The notes under the pieces were generated by a model. That model was not told the origin of the DNA. It ran no database searches and saw nothing but the letters and a program-made list of their open reading frames with translations. From Candidatus Rokuibacteriota bacterium (lineage in GTDB: Bacteria; Methylomirabilota; Methylomirabilia; Rokubacteriales; CSP1-6): 64,000 nt of DNA. The position numbers and the translations under genes are program-made. Below, piece by piece: positions 8,832-17,542 of the stretch. Every line of letters starts with the position of its first letter. The stretch's first letter is position 1. Location of the stretch: contig JAHFDN010000005.1 of assembly GCA_023248995.1 (NCBI GenBank), forward strand, positions 2,341 through 66,340. Reading direction: 5' to 3'.

Positions 8832-9833
8832 GTGAGCTCGGAAGACCGCGAGCTGGTTGAGCGATGTCGGGCCGGGGATCTGGAAGCCTTCGAGCGGCTG
8901 GTCGAGAAGTATCGCCAGCGCGTCTGGCGGTTGGCGTTTCAGATCCTCCGCGACCGCGAAGAGGCGCAGGACGTGGCGCAGGAGGCATTCGTCCGGGTCT
9001 TTCAGTCGTTGCCCGCTTTCCGCGGTCAGTCCGCTTTTTACACCTGGATGTTCCGGATCGTGGTCAACCTCGCCATGGACCGACAGCGGCAGCGGGGTGT
9101 GCGGGCGCGCGCCCTGGGCGGCGAGGCGGTCCCGGAGGAGGAGTGGCAGCGAACCCTGCCGGATCCCGCGGCGGGCCCCGACGCTCGAGCGACCCGGGCG
9201 GAGGAGCGTGAGCTCGTCCGCCGGGCGCTGGATTCCTTGCCGCCCAACCATCGAACCATTATCATGCTGAGTGATATCGAGGGGCTCACCTACCGGGAAA
9301 TCGCCGAGGTGCTCAGGATCCCGCTGGGGACGGTGATGTCGAGGCTCTACAACGCGCGCAAGCGCCTCCGAGCGCTCCTGCGTCCGCTGCTGAGCCTGCT
9401 CCTGGCCGCGGGCCTCGGCCTCGCCCCGGCTGCCCTCTGGGCCCAGCAGCTCGTGCCCTGCTCGGTCCGCGTGCTCCTCCAGACGCGCCCGGAGTCCCCC
9501 GCGACGCCCCCCGCCACCAGCCAGCTCTCGGACCCGTACATGCGGAAGTTCCAGCGGCAGTTCCCCAACCGCCAGTACGAGGAGCTCGACCAGATCCAGG
9601 CCCGGGTTCCCGTGGGCAAGGCTCAGCGCTTTCCGCTGCCCGGCGGTCGCGATCTGGAGATTCTTCCCACCGGCGTGAGTGCGGCGATGGCGCGCGTGAG
9701 CTTCGCGATCCTGAACCGGGGGGCGCGGGAAGTGGCGGTCAGCGCCGACATGCCGCCGGGCAAGCCGTTTTCGATCGTCGGGCCTCCGCAGGGGACGGGG
9801 GTGCTCCATCTGGTGATCGTCTGCGGGGGGTAG
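8832..9833 (+). CDS. ECF (sigma-70 family) sigma factor fused in-frame to a C-terminal transmembrane helix plus ~110-aa extracytoplasmic domain
   Basis: The first ~200 aa carry sigma2 and sigma4 regions (…DLEAFERLVEKYRQRVWRLAFQIL…, …IIMLSDIEGLTYREIAEVLRIPLGTVMSRLYNARKRL). The reading frame continues without a stop through the hydrophobic segment LRPLLSLLLAAGLGLAPAALWA into a further 110 aa. Confidence 0.7.
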   Translation: MSSEDRELVERCRAGDLEAFERLVEKYRQRVWRLAFQILRDREEAQDVAQEAFVRVFQSLPAFRGQSAFYTWMFRIVVNLAMDRQRQRGVRARALGGEAVPEEEWQRTLPDPAAGPDARATRAEERELVRRALDSLPPNHRTIIMLSDIEGLTYREIAEVLRIPLGTVMSRLYNARKRLRALLRPLLSLLLAAGLGLAPAALWAQQLVPCSVRVLLQTRPESPATPPATSQLSDPYMRKFQRQFPNRQYEELDQIQARVPVGKAQRFPLPGGRDLEILPTGVSAAMARVSFAILNRGAREVAVSADMPPGKPFSIVGPPQGTGVLHLVIVCGG

Positions 9834-9841
9834 GCCGGCCT

Positions 9842-11365
9842 ATGAGCGAGGAGAAGTATTTCCAGGAGCGGGCCCGCATCGAGCAGGGGCACGTCAAGTA
9901 CCGCGACAAACTCAAAGAGGAGGGTAAGCTCTTCGTCCGCGACCGCCTGAAGCTCCTCCTCGATCCGGGGAGCGAGTTCGAGGAGGACTGGCTTTTCGCC
10001 CGGAGCCAGGAGCCCGACACGCCGGCCGACGGGGTGGTGACCGGGATCGGGAAGGTCGGCGGACGCAGCGTGGCCGTCATGGCGAACGACTACACGGTCA
10101 AAGCCGGCTCGTGGGGCGAGAAAACGATCCAGAAGATCCTGCGGATTCAAGAAAAGGCCCAGCGGCTCCAGATCCCGCTCCTGTACCTCGTGGATGCGGC
10201 GGGTGCCAGGATCTCGGAGCAGATCAAGATCTTCCCCGGCCGGTTTCACGCCGGGCGCATCTTCTATCACGAGGTCCAGCTCTCCGGCGTCGTGCCCCAG
10301 GTGTGCGTCCTCTTCGGGCCGTCGCCGGCCGGCTCCGCGTACCTGCCGGCCCTCACCGACGTGGTCATCATGGTGGACGGCAAAGCCTCCCTCTACGTGG
10401 GCTCCCCCCGGATGGTGGAGATGGCCATCGGGGAGAAGGTCACCCAGGAGGAACTCGGTGGCGCCCGGATGCACTGCACGGTGTCCGGCTGCGGGGACGT
10501 GCTGGCCGCCTCCGACGAGGAGGCCATCGAGACGGCCAAGCGGTACCTCGCCTACATGCCGCAGAACTTCCGGGAGCCGCCGCCGGCCCTGGAGCCGTCC
10601 GAGCCCAGGCCCGGGCGCTCCATTGACGAGATCGTCCCGTACGACCAGCGGAAGTACTTCGACATGTACGAGGTGATCGACCGCCTCATCGACGCCGGCT
10701 CGTGGTTCGAGATCAAGCGGCTCTTCGCGCCCGAGGTCATCGTCGGCTTCGCGCGTCTGGCCGGGCGCGCGGTCGGCATCGTCGCCAACCAGCCGAAGGT
10801 GAAGGGGGGCGTGCTCTTCGTAGACTCGGCCGACAAGGCCGCGCGCTTCATCTGGCTCTCGAACGCGTTCAACATTCCGCTGGTCTACCTGGCCGACGTG
10901 TCGGGCTTCATGGTGGGGTCGAAGGTGGAGCGGGCGGGGATCATCCGCCACGGGGCGAAGATGATCTTCGCCACCGCCCAGGCGACGGTGCCCAAAATCA
11001 CCGTCATCGTGCGCAAGTGCTACGGGGCGGGACTCTACGCCATGTGCGGCCCGGCCTACGAGCCCGACGCGGCGCTTGCGCTGCCGCAGGGGCAGATCGC
11101 GATCATGGGGCCGGAGCCGGCGGTGAACGCCGTCTACTACAGTAAGATCATGGAGCTGCCGGAGGCCGAGCGGGCCGACTTCGTCCGAAAGAAGCGCGAG
11201 GAGTACCAGGCCGACATCGACGTCTACAAGCTCGCCTCCGAGATGCTCGTGGACGACATCGTGCCGGGGTCGCTCGTGCGCTCGGAGCTCAAGAAGCGCC
11301 TCCTCTACGCGGAGACCAAGGTGCACGACTTTCCCGTCCGCCGCAACGGCGTGTATCCCGTGTAG
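9842..11365 (+). CDS. Acyl-CoA carboxylase carboxyltransferase subunit (PccB/AccD5 / methylmalonyl-CoA carboxyltransferase family)
   Basis: 507 aa. Duplicated crotonase-like carboxyltransferase domains are full length and conserved. Confidence 0.8.
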   Translation: MSEEKYFQERARIEQGHVKYRDKLKEEGKLFVRDRLKLLLDPGSEFEEDWLFARSQEPDTPADGVVTGIGKVGGRSVAVMANDYTVKAGSWGEKTIQKILRIQEKAQRLQIPLLYLVDAAGARISEQIKIFPGRFHAGRIFYHEVQLSGVVPQVCVLFGPSPAGSAYLPALTDVVIMVDGKASLYVGSPRMVEMAIGEKVTQEELGGARMHCTVSGCGDVLAASDEEAIETAKRYLAYMPQNFREPPPALEPSEPRPGRSIDEIVPYDQRKYFDMYEVIDRLIDAGSWFEIKRLFAPEVIVGFARLAGRAVGIVANQPKVKGGVLFVDSADKAARFIWLSNAFNIPLVYLADVSGFMVGSKVERAGIIRHGAKMIFATAQATVPKITVIVRKCYGAGLYAMCGPAYEPDAALALPQGQIAIMGPEPAVNAVYYSKIMELPEAERADFVRKKREEYQADIDVYKLASEMLVDDIVPGSLVRSELKKRLLYAETKVHDFPVRRNGVYPV

Positions 11366-11374
11366 ACGGGCCGG

Positions 11375-11791
11375 ATGAAACGGGACTGGCTCGGTCTTCT
11401 GGTGATCGGCGTCTCGCTCCTGAGTCTGCCCTTTGTCCTCCCCCACGTCGTCGAGGACTTCGCCGAGGAGATCACGCACCGGGTCGGCCTGTCCACGGCC
11501 AGCGCTGCGTTCCTCCTGGGCGGCTACTTGGCGCTCCAGTCGCTCGGCCTGGTCCTGGTGGCCCTCCGCCGGCGCGCGGGATTCGTCCTGACGTTCTGGA
11601 TCGGGCTGATCTGGGTGTCGGGGGCGGTCCTCGACCACGGCCCCGCAGTCTGGCGGGGAGGCTTCAGGAGCGGGACGCTCTCGGTGCTCTGGGTCGTGGG
11701 GCTCGTGGTGGGCCAGAGCGTGAGCGCCGCGCTGGCGGCCTGGGGCGCCTGGGGGCATCGTGACCGAGGGGGGCCGGGATTAGCGGACTGA
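11375..11791 (+). CDS. Hypothetical membrane protein (4 TM)
   Basis: 138 aa, hydrophobic, with no recognisable family. It sits immediately upstream of cobS. Confidence 0.4.
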   Translation: MKRDWLGLLVIGVSLLSLPFVLPHVVEDFAEEITHRVGLSTASAAFLLGGYLALQSLGLVLVALRRRAGFVLTFWIGLIWVSGAVLDHGPAVWRGGFRSGTLSVLWVVGLVVGQSVSAALAAWGAWGHRDRGGPGLAD

Positions 11792-12522
11792 TCGCCGCCG
11801 TCCGCTTCCTCACCATCGTTCCCGTTCCCGGCCGCGCCCGTGAGGGACCGGACGCTCTGGGACGGGCCGCGGGTTGGTTCCCGCTGGTCGGTCTGGCGCT
11901 GGGCGGGCTTCTCGCCGTCGAGGAGCGTCTGCTCGCCGGCCTGTTCCCGCCGCTTCTGACGGCCGCTGTCGTCCTGGCGATGTGGAAGGTGCTGACCGGC
12001 GGGATCCACCTGGACGGCCTGGCCGACAGCCTCGACGGGCTGACGGGGCGGAGTCCCGCCGAGCGCCTCCAGATCATGGGCGACAGCCGGATCGGGGTGT
12101 TCGGGGCCGTCGGGCTGATCTTCCTGCTCCTCCTGGAGCTGGCGGCGCTCGCCGAGCTGCCGTTTCCGCTCCGCGCCCGCGCGCTCTTGCTCGCCCCGGC
12201 CGTGGGGCGCCTGACCCCGCTGCTCCTGGCCCGCACGTTCACGCCCGCGACTCCCGGCGAGGGCTCAGGAGCCGCCTTCATGGGGGCCGTCACGCGCGGG
12301 GCGCTCGGGCTCGGCCTCGGCGTGATCGCCGCGGCGGGCGCGATGCTCGCCGGCCTGCCGGGACTCGTGGGCGCGGCCGTCGGGCTCGGGTTGGCCTGGG
12401 GGCTGGCTCGGCTTTTTTCGCGACGGCTCGGGGGGCTCACCGGCGACAGTCTGGGCGCGGCCGTCGAGTCGGGGGAGCTCGGCGTCCTCCTCGCCCTGGT
12501 GTCCCTCCGCCATCTTGCTTGA
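11779..12522 (+). CDS. cobS: Adenosylcobinamide-GDP ribazoletransferase (cobalamin 5'-phosphate synthase)
   Basis: The conserved CobS motifs RFLTIVP and GGIHLDGLADSLDGL are present, and the protein is polytopic. There is no ATG/GTG/TTG between the in-frame stop at 11761 and the conserved N-terminus, so the 5' end is assigned provisionally (ATT at 11779 or CTG at 11788). Confidence 0.7.
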   Translation: MSGLIAAVRFLTIVPVPGRAREGPDALGRAAGWFPLVGLALGGLLAVEERLLAGLFPPLLTAAVVLAMWKVLTGGIHLDGLADSLDGLTGRSPAERLQIMGDSRIGVFGAVGLIFLLLLELAALAELPFPLRARALLLAPAVGRLTPLLLARTFTPATPGEGSGAAFMGAVTRGALGLGLGVIAAAGAMLAGLPGLVGAAVGLGLAWGLARLFSRRLGGLTGDSLGAAVESGELGVLLALVSLRHLA

Positions 12523-13154
12523 TGGCCTCGACGTGGATCTACCTGGTGCGCCACGGCGAGGTCCTCGGGGCCGAGACCCGGCGGTTCATCGGTCATCTGG
12601 ACGTCCCGCTGTCCCGGGAGGGAGAGGCGGCGATGGAGCGCCTGGCGTCGAGGCTGGCCGGCGTGCCTTTGGTGGCGGTCTACGCGAGCGACCTCGGCCG
12701 ATCCAGGCGGAGCGCCGAGATCATCGCCCGCCTGCACGGCCTGGAACCCGAGCCCGTTCCCGCGCTCCGGGAGATGGCGATGGGGCGCTGGGAGGGGCTC
12801 ACCGCGGACGAGATAAAGGCCCGGGAGCCCGAAGCCTTCAAGGAGTGGATGGCGCGCCTGGGGGACTTTCCGTTTCCCGGGGGCGAGGGCGTTGTCGCCC
12901 TGCTGGCGCGGGTGTGGCCCGCGTTTGAGCGCATCCTGAGCGCCCACGAGGGCGACCGCGTGGCGGTCGTCGGACACGGCGGGACCAATCGCGTCATCCT
13001 TTGCCGCGCCCTGGGCCTCCCGCTCGCTCGGGCGCTGGCCTTCGGCCAGGACTACGCCGCGCTCTCGCTCCTCGAGTGGCGCGGCGGACGCTGGGTCCTG
13101 CACGTCCTGAACCAGACCGAGGCGGGCACCGGCGGTGCTACTTTGATCGGGTGA
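12522..13154 (+). CDS. cobC: Alpha-ribazole-5'-phosphate phosphatase (histidine phosphatase family)
   Basis: An RHGE catalytic motif at the N-terminus (IYLVRHGEV) marks the phosphoglycerate-mutase-like fold. The ATG overlaps the cobS stop (ATGA). Confidence 0.75.
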   Translation: MASTWIYLVRHGEVLGAETRRFIGHLDVPLSREGEAAMERLASRLAGVPLVAVYASDLGRSRRSAEIIARLHGLEPEPVPALREMAMGRWEGLTADEIKAREPEAFKEWMARLGDFPFPGGEGVVALLARVWPAFERILSAHEGDRVAVVGHGGTNRVILCRALGLPLARALAFGQDYAALSLLEWRGGRWVLHVLNQTEAGTGGATLIG

Positions 13155-13557
13155 CGGCCCAGGCACCGGAGCCGAGAAACACCTGGGCGATGGTTGCCCC
13201 CACCAGGGCGAGGACGAACTCGTAGCCTCCAACCTGGGCCACGCCGGCCGCGGCGTCCACGATCACGCCCTTCAGGAAGAACCCCTGGTGGAGATGGACT
13301 TTCACGAGCGCGCCCAGCATGAAGAGGGCGTTGGCCGCGGCGGCCCAGCGCGTCCAGAACCCCAGGATCAACATCAGGCCGCCCAGCCCGTGAGCCGCGA
13401 TGAGCAGCCAGGCGACCGCCACCGACGCCGGCAGCCCCGCTTTGCCCATGAAGGCCGCCATCCCGGCCGGGCTGAAGACGAAAAGCCCCAGGTAGGCGTG
13501 CATGACGTAGATGATGCCGAGCGTGACCCGCAGTATGGTCGCACCGAACTCCTTCAT
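13138..13557 (-). CDS. DoxX family membrane protein
   Basis: 139 aa with four TM helices and the DoxX-type pattern. Confidence 0.55.
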   Translation of the reverse strand: MKEFGATILRVTLGIIYVMHAYLGLFVFSPAGMAAFMGKAGLPASVAVAWLLIAAHGLGGLMLILGFWTRWAAAANALFMLGALVKVHLHQGFFLKGVIVDAAAGVAQVGGYEFVLALVGATIAQVFLGSGAWAVTRSK

Positions 13558-13585
13558 CAGTGACCCTCCGTCCTGAACCTGGGGA

Positions 13586-14254
13586 TTAGCCTTTGCGGTC
13601 CGAGCGCGCGCGGTGCGCCTGATAGGTGCCGAAGACCCTGACGTTCATCTCGCGGCACGCGGCCCGCGCCTGGGCCTGCCGCTCCGGGGTGTCGGCCAGG
13701 AGCAGGAGGGCCTGGCGACCGATTGCGGCGTGGCGATACTCATCGGGAAGAATCTGCGTCCGGTAGAGATGGGCGGTTTCGGGATCGAGGTCCTTGGCCA
13801 GGCGGATCAGCGTCTCGAAGCCCTCGCAGGACTGGGTCTCGCCGGCGAACTGGAACATGGCGAGCTTCTCCACCGTCGGACGGGCGCGGCAGGCCACGAG
13901 CCAGTCGAAGAGCGCCTGCCACTCGGGCAAGGGCTCGTAGGCGTCGGCGTCTTCGCCGAGCTCCCGGAGGCGCTGGCGGAGGAGCTGGTAATGCCGCTGC
14001 TCGTCTTCCAGCTGGCGGGGGAGCAGCTCGCGGATCTCGCGCTCCCGGACGGTGGGGATCCAGGCCGCGATCAGCTCCACCGACCGGAGCTCGTTGTACA
14101 CGCCCTGGCGCATCCGGTAGCGAATCTGGGAGAGGAGGACCTCCGGCGGGGCGTCGGCATCCAGGCGGACGTCGCGGCCCACCCAGAACGCCTTGTTCTG
14201 CTCGGCCAGCTCCTTGACGAAGCTCTCGGTCCCGCGGTCACGGCTGCGCGTCAT
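13586..14254 (-). CDS. Ferritin-like (di-iron, DUF455-like) protein
   Basis: 222 aa with paired E...ExxH-like helices (EDEQRHYQLL..., PDEYRHAAIG) suggesting a ferritin-like four-helix bundle. The assignment is weak. Confidence 0.4.
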   Translation of the reverse strand: MTRSRDRGTESFVKELAEQNKAFWVGRDVRLDADAPPEVLLSQIRYRMRQGVYNELRSVELIAAWIPTVREREIRELLPRQLEDEQRHYQLLRQRLRELGEDADAYEPLPEWQALFDWLVACRARPTVEKLAMFQFAGETQSCEGFETLIRLAKDLDPETAHLYRTQILPDEYRHAAIGRQALLLLADTPERQAQARAACREMNVRVFGTYQAHRARSDRKG

Positions 14255-14321
14255 GCGCTCTCACGGTGCCCCCTCACCTCTGTCCTCTCCCCCCGAGGGG
14301 GAGAGGGTGGGGTGAGGGGGT

Positions 14322-14993
14322 TCAGGGTTTCCGGAAGAGGATCGCGCCCATGAACGACTCGGCGCTGGAGCCGGTGTCGTTGCTGTCGATCCCGACGGAG
14401 ACGCCGCCAAGCTCTCCCGGCTCCTCCCGGTAGATCCGCTTGTAATCCTCGTAGACGTTGCGCGATTCGCTCATCCAGCGATTGAGGTCTTTGGTCCCGG
14501 ACCGGACCACCACGTATGTGACCCGGGAGGTCTTCTCGCTCCCGACGATGGTCCCCTCGGGCGCGGTCGTATCCCACACGTACCCGATGATGCGGGAGCG
14601 GAGCGCTTCGGGGAAGCGGGGAAAGGTCACGTAGAGCTGGGCGGCCTGATCGTCCGTGGCCTGCTTCCGCGAATCCGCGCCGGCCGGGAGGACCACGGCT
14701 TTCCACCGCCACTCCAGGATCGGAGTGTCCTTCAGTTTCACCTGGACATCCTTGGAGATCGTCGAGCCGTCGTTCCTGCTCTTGAGGTGGAGGACCTTCG
14801 CGGGGCTCTCCTCGACCACCGTCAGGTCGTAGGCGGGGCTTCCCCAGGTCTGTCCCTTCCATCCCTCGGGAATTCCCCGGGCGCCCACCTGGTGCTTGCT
14901 CCAGTCCTCCACCACGAGGACTCCGGGCTGGGCGGAAAGACTGGCGGCGACCGCGAGGACGAGAGCGGGGAGGAGCCAACCCAACGCCTTCAT
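14322..14993 (-). CDS. DUF3047-domain secreted protein
   Basis: Signal peptide (MKALGWLLPALVLAVAASLSAQP) followed by a conserved DUF3047-like region (...WRWKAVVLPAGADSR...AQLYVTF...). The start overlaps the upstream gene's stop (ATGA). Confidence 0.55.
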   Translation of the reverse strand: MKALGWLLPALVLAVAASLSAQPGVLVVEDWSKHQVGARGIPEGWKGQTWGSPAYDLTVVEESPAKVLHLKSRNDGSTISKDVQVKLKDTPILEWRWKAVVLPAGADSRKQATDDQAAQLYVTFPRFPEALRSRIIGYVWDTTAPEGTIVGSEKTSRVTYVVVRSGTKDLNRWMSESRNVYEDYKRIYREEPGELGGVSVGIDSNDTGSSAESFMGAILFRKP

Positions 14994-16501
14994 CGCTTTC
15001 GCGACCGCGCCAGAGCCATGGCGGCGACCGCGCCGTATCCTTCGAGGAGCCGGAGCTGCTCCTCCGTCAACGCCGCCCGGGCGCCCAGGTGCAGGACGCC
15101 GAGCAGCTTTTTGCCCGCGAGGAGCGGCAACGTGAGGCTCGCCCTGATCCCGAACCGGCGGTACCAGTCGGCGTCGCCGGCCAGGGCATGGGCGGGCGCG
15201 TCCGCCGTCACGAGCGGCTTTCGGTGGAGGGCGGTCCAGCCCGGGAACCCCGAGCCGTACCGAAGGCTCCTCAGCCTGGCCGGGACTCCGCGGTCGGGGG
15301 GGTCCGCGTGGAGGAGGCGGAGCCGGCGGCTCCCGCCGTGCGCGCTCCACACCGCGCACCACGGCGCGTCGAGGGCTCGCCGGCAGCCCTCGGCGATCAG
15401 CTTCAGCACCAGCGCGCGCCCGCGCCCCTCGGTGACGGCCTGGGCGGCGGCCAGCAGGCTCCCGAGCTGCGCCGCGCGCGCCTCCTTGTCCCGGAGGAGG
15501 CGGGCGTGACCGATCGCCAGCGCGGCGTGGTCGCAGAAGGTCTCCAGGAGCGAGAGCGGGCGGGAGGAGAGCGGCGTCCCCATCCCGACCGAGAGGACCC
15601 CGACGAAGGTGTTTTTGAAGCGGAGCGGGAAGGCGTAGATGCTCCGGATTCCCCGGCTTTCGGCCCACGTCCCGCTGACCAGCCGCGGATCGGACAGGGC
15701 GTCGTCGAGGTAGAGCGCGTGGCCGTGCTCGGCCACCCACCCGGGGAGCCCTTCCCCGTAGGCGAACGTCGCGCGGAGTGGGCGCTTGGGTCCCGCCGGC
15801 TCGAGCGAGACGATCCGCGTGAGCTGTTTCGCCGCCGGGTCGGCGAGCCAGATCACGGTGGCGAGTGCCCCCGCGAAGGACTTGGCCGCCTGGGCGACCA
15901 TGGTGAGGGTCTCCTCCAATTCGAGAGGCTCGGCGAGGACCTTGGCGAGCGTGAGCAGGCGGAGCAAGTCCATGTTGAGTGTCTGGAGGCTCTGCCGGAC
16001 CTTCGCGTGCTGGAGCGCCGTGGAGAGCTGCTGTTGGAAGGTGGTGAGCGAGGAGTCGGGGACGCGCGGCGGCGCGGCGCCGGCGCGGAACATGGCGACG
16101 AGAAAACCGACGAGTTGTCCCTCGCCCCCCAGCGGGACAAAGATCCCTCCCGCGATCCCTTCCACGTCGAGCCAGGCGTGAAGTCCCTCGAGCCCCGGCG
16201 GCCCCTCCTTGCCGAGGCGGATCGGCCGCGTCAGCCGGTCGGCGGAGCGCCCCTCCAGATGGAAGATCTGCGGGAGCGTCTTGGCGGTCGCCGGACGGAT
16301 CCCGCGAATGGAGACCACCTCCAGCCTCTTGGCGTCGTCGGTCGCCAAAGAAGCCATTCCCGCGGGGGCTCGCGCGACTTGAAGCAGACCGTCCATCGCC
16401 CGGGTGAGGATCTCTTCGGGCGAAATCCTCCGGGTGGCCGCCTGGCTCAACTGGCCGAGCACGGCCTCGATAGAGGTGTCGCGTCCTTGGAGATCGACCA
16501 T
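14990..16501 (-). CDS. Multi-GAF domain signalling protein (three tandem GAF domains, no output domain)
   Basis: 503 aa with three repeats of the GAF pattern (…LAIGHARLL…, …VLHLGARAALTEEQLRLLEGYGAVAAMALA…). Confidence 0.65.
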   Translation of the reverse strand: MVDLQGRDTSIEAVLGQLSQAATRRISPEEILTRAMDGLLQVARAPAGMASLATDDAKRLEVVSIRGIRPATAKTLPQIFHLEGRSADRLTRPIRLGKEGPPGLEGLHAWLDVEGIAGGIFVPLGGEGQLVGFLVAMFRAGAAPPRVPDSSLTTFQQQLSTALQHAKVRQSLQTLNMDLLRLLTLAKVLAEPLELEETLTMVAQAAKSFAGALATVIWLADPAAKQLTRIVSLEPAGPKRPLRATFAYGEGLPGWVAEHGHALYLDDALSDPRLVSGTWAESRGIRSIYAFPLRFKNTFVGVLSVGMGTPLSSRPLSLLETFCDHAALAIGHARLLRDKEARAAQLGSLLAAAQAVTEGRGRALVLKLIAEGCRRALDAPWCAVWSAHGGSRRLRLLHADPPDRGVPARLRSLRYGSGFPGWTALHRKPLVTADAPAHALAGDADWYRRFGIRASLTLPLLAGKKLLGVLHLGARAALTEEQLRLLEGYGAVAAMALARSRKR

Positions 16502-16823
16502 GCCGAGGGCGGGCCCTTTCCAGGGCCATTATATCTTTCTCCCTCGCCCTCTGTCCCGACCTGCCCAGCTGGCCGTGCACCTACTGGCCCGCCAGGGCCC
16601 CGACCTGTGCAACCCCTGGCGCCTTGCGGATGCCGAGCTCGGAGGAACCTGTTGCAGAATCAGCCCGTTCGGGTGGGAATGCCGGAGGCACGGCTCTTGC
16701 GTGAGGAGCGGTCGCCTCCCTTCCTGCGGGTGGGCGGGTCGCCGGCGGTGGGCAGGCCGCCACGATCCCGCATCCCCGGGGAAGGGAGTTGCCTTTTCGA
16801 GGAGGCTTCAGTAGAAGGAGTCC

Positions 16824-17189
16824 GTGGAGCGAGTGCGGCTGGATAAATGGCTCTGGGCTGCCCGGTTCTTCAGGAGCCGGGGCCTCGCCGCGGCCGCCTG
16901 CCACGGGGGCAAGGTGGATGTCAACCGAAGCCCGGCGAAACCCGCCAAGTTGATCGGCCCCGGGGACACGCTTCGGATTACCCTGCGCGGCGGGAAAAAG
17001 ATCATCAAGGTGCTGGCCTTGGCGGAGCGGCGGGGCCCGGCGCTCAGGGCCCAGCTCCTTTTCGAGGACCTCACGCCGCCTCCGCCCCCCGAGCCGCTGC
17101 GGATGCCTCCCCCGGTGTCCCGGCCGCGCGGGGCGGGCCGCCCGACCAAGCGGGAGCGCCGCCTGCTCGACCGGCTCGGCCGCTGGTAA
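16824..17189 (+). CDS. hslR: Ribosome-associated heat shock protein Hsp15 (S4 RNA-binding domain)
   Basis: MERVRLDKWLWAARFFRSR... is the S4-domain signature of Hsp15/HslR. Confidence 0.8.
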   Translation: MERVRLDKWLWAARFFRSRGLAAAACHGGKVDVNRSPAKPAKLIGPGDTLRITLRGGKKIIKVLALAERRGPALRAQLLFEDLTPPPPPEPLRMPPPVSRPRGAGRPTKRERRLLDRLGRW

Positions 17190-17261
17190 CCGCCCGCCTG
17201 GCGCTGCGCCTCCGCGGCGGAACATGAGCCGGCTCCCGCCTTGACAACCGTGTCCCCTTCC

Positions 17262-17470
17262 GGGTAGCCTTCCGACGTCGGCTGCGTCCGGGTGGCCCGC
17301 GCGTGCGGGCCCCAGGGAAGGCGGTGCGAATCCGCCGCGACCCCGTCACTGTAATCGGGGACGAAACCCACGACGGCCACTGGCCCGGTTAATCCCGAGC
17401 TGGGAAGGCGTGGGGAGTAGGAAGATCCGAGAGCCAGGAGACCTGCCCGGACGCGTAGGATCACGACCGG
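17262..17470 (+). promoter_or_regulatory. Cobalamin (AdoCbl) riboswitch upstream of cobU
   Basis: Conserved elements are present: GGGAAGGCGGTGCGAATCCGCCGCGACCCCGTCACTGTAATCGGGGACGAAACC, and the B12 box GCCACTGGCCCGGTT...GGGAAGGCG. It is preceded by TTGACA at 17241. Confidence 0.85.
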
Positions 17471-17542
17471 TCTTCGCGGGAGGGTCCGGGCTTTGTCTTC
17501 TCGCCCTGTTTTTCCGGCCCGCTTCCCTCTCACCCTCTCCCC

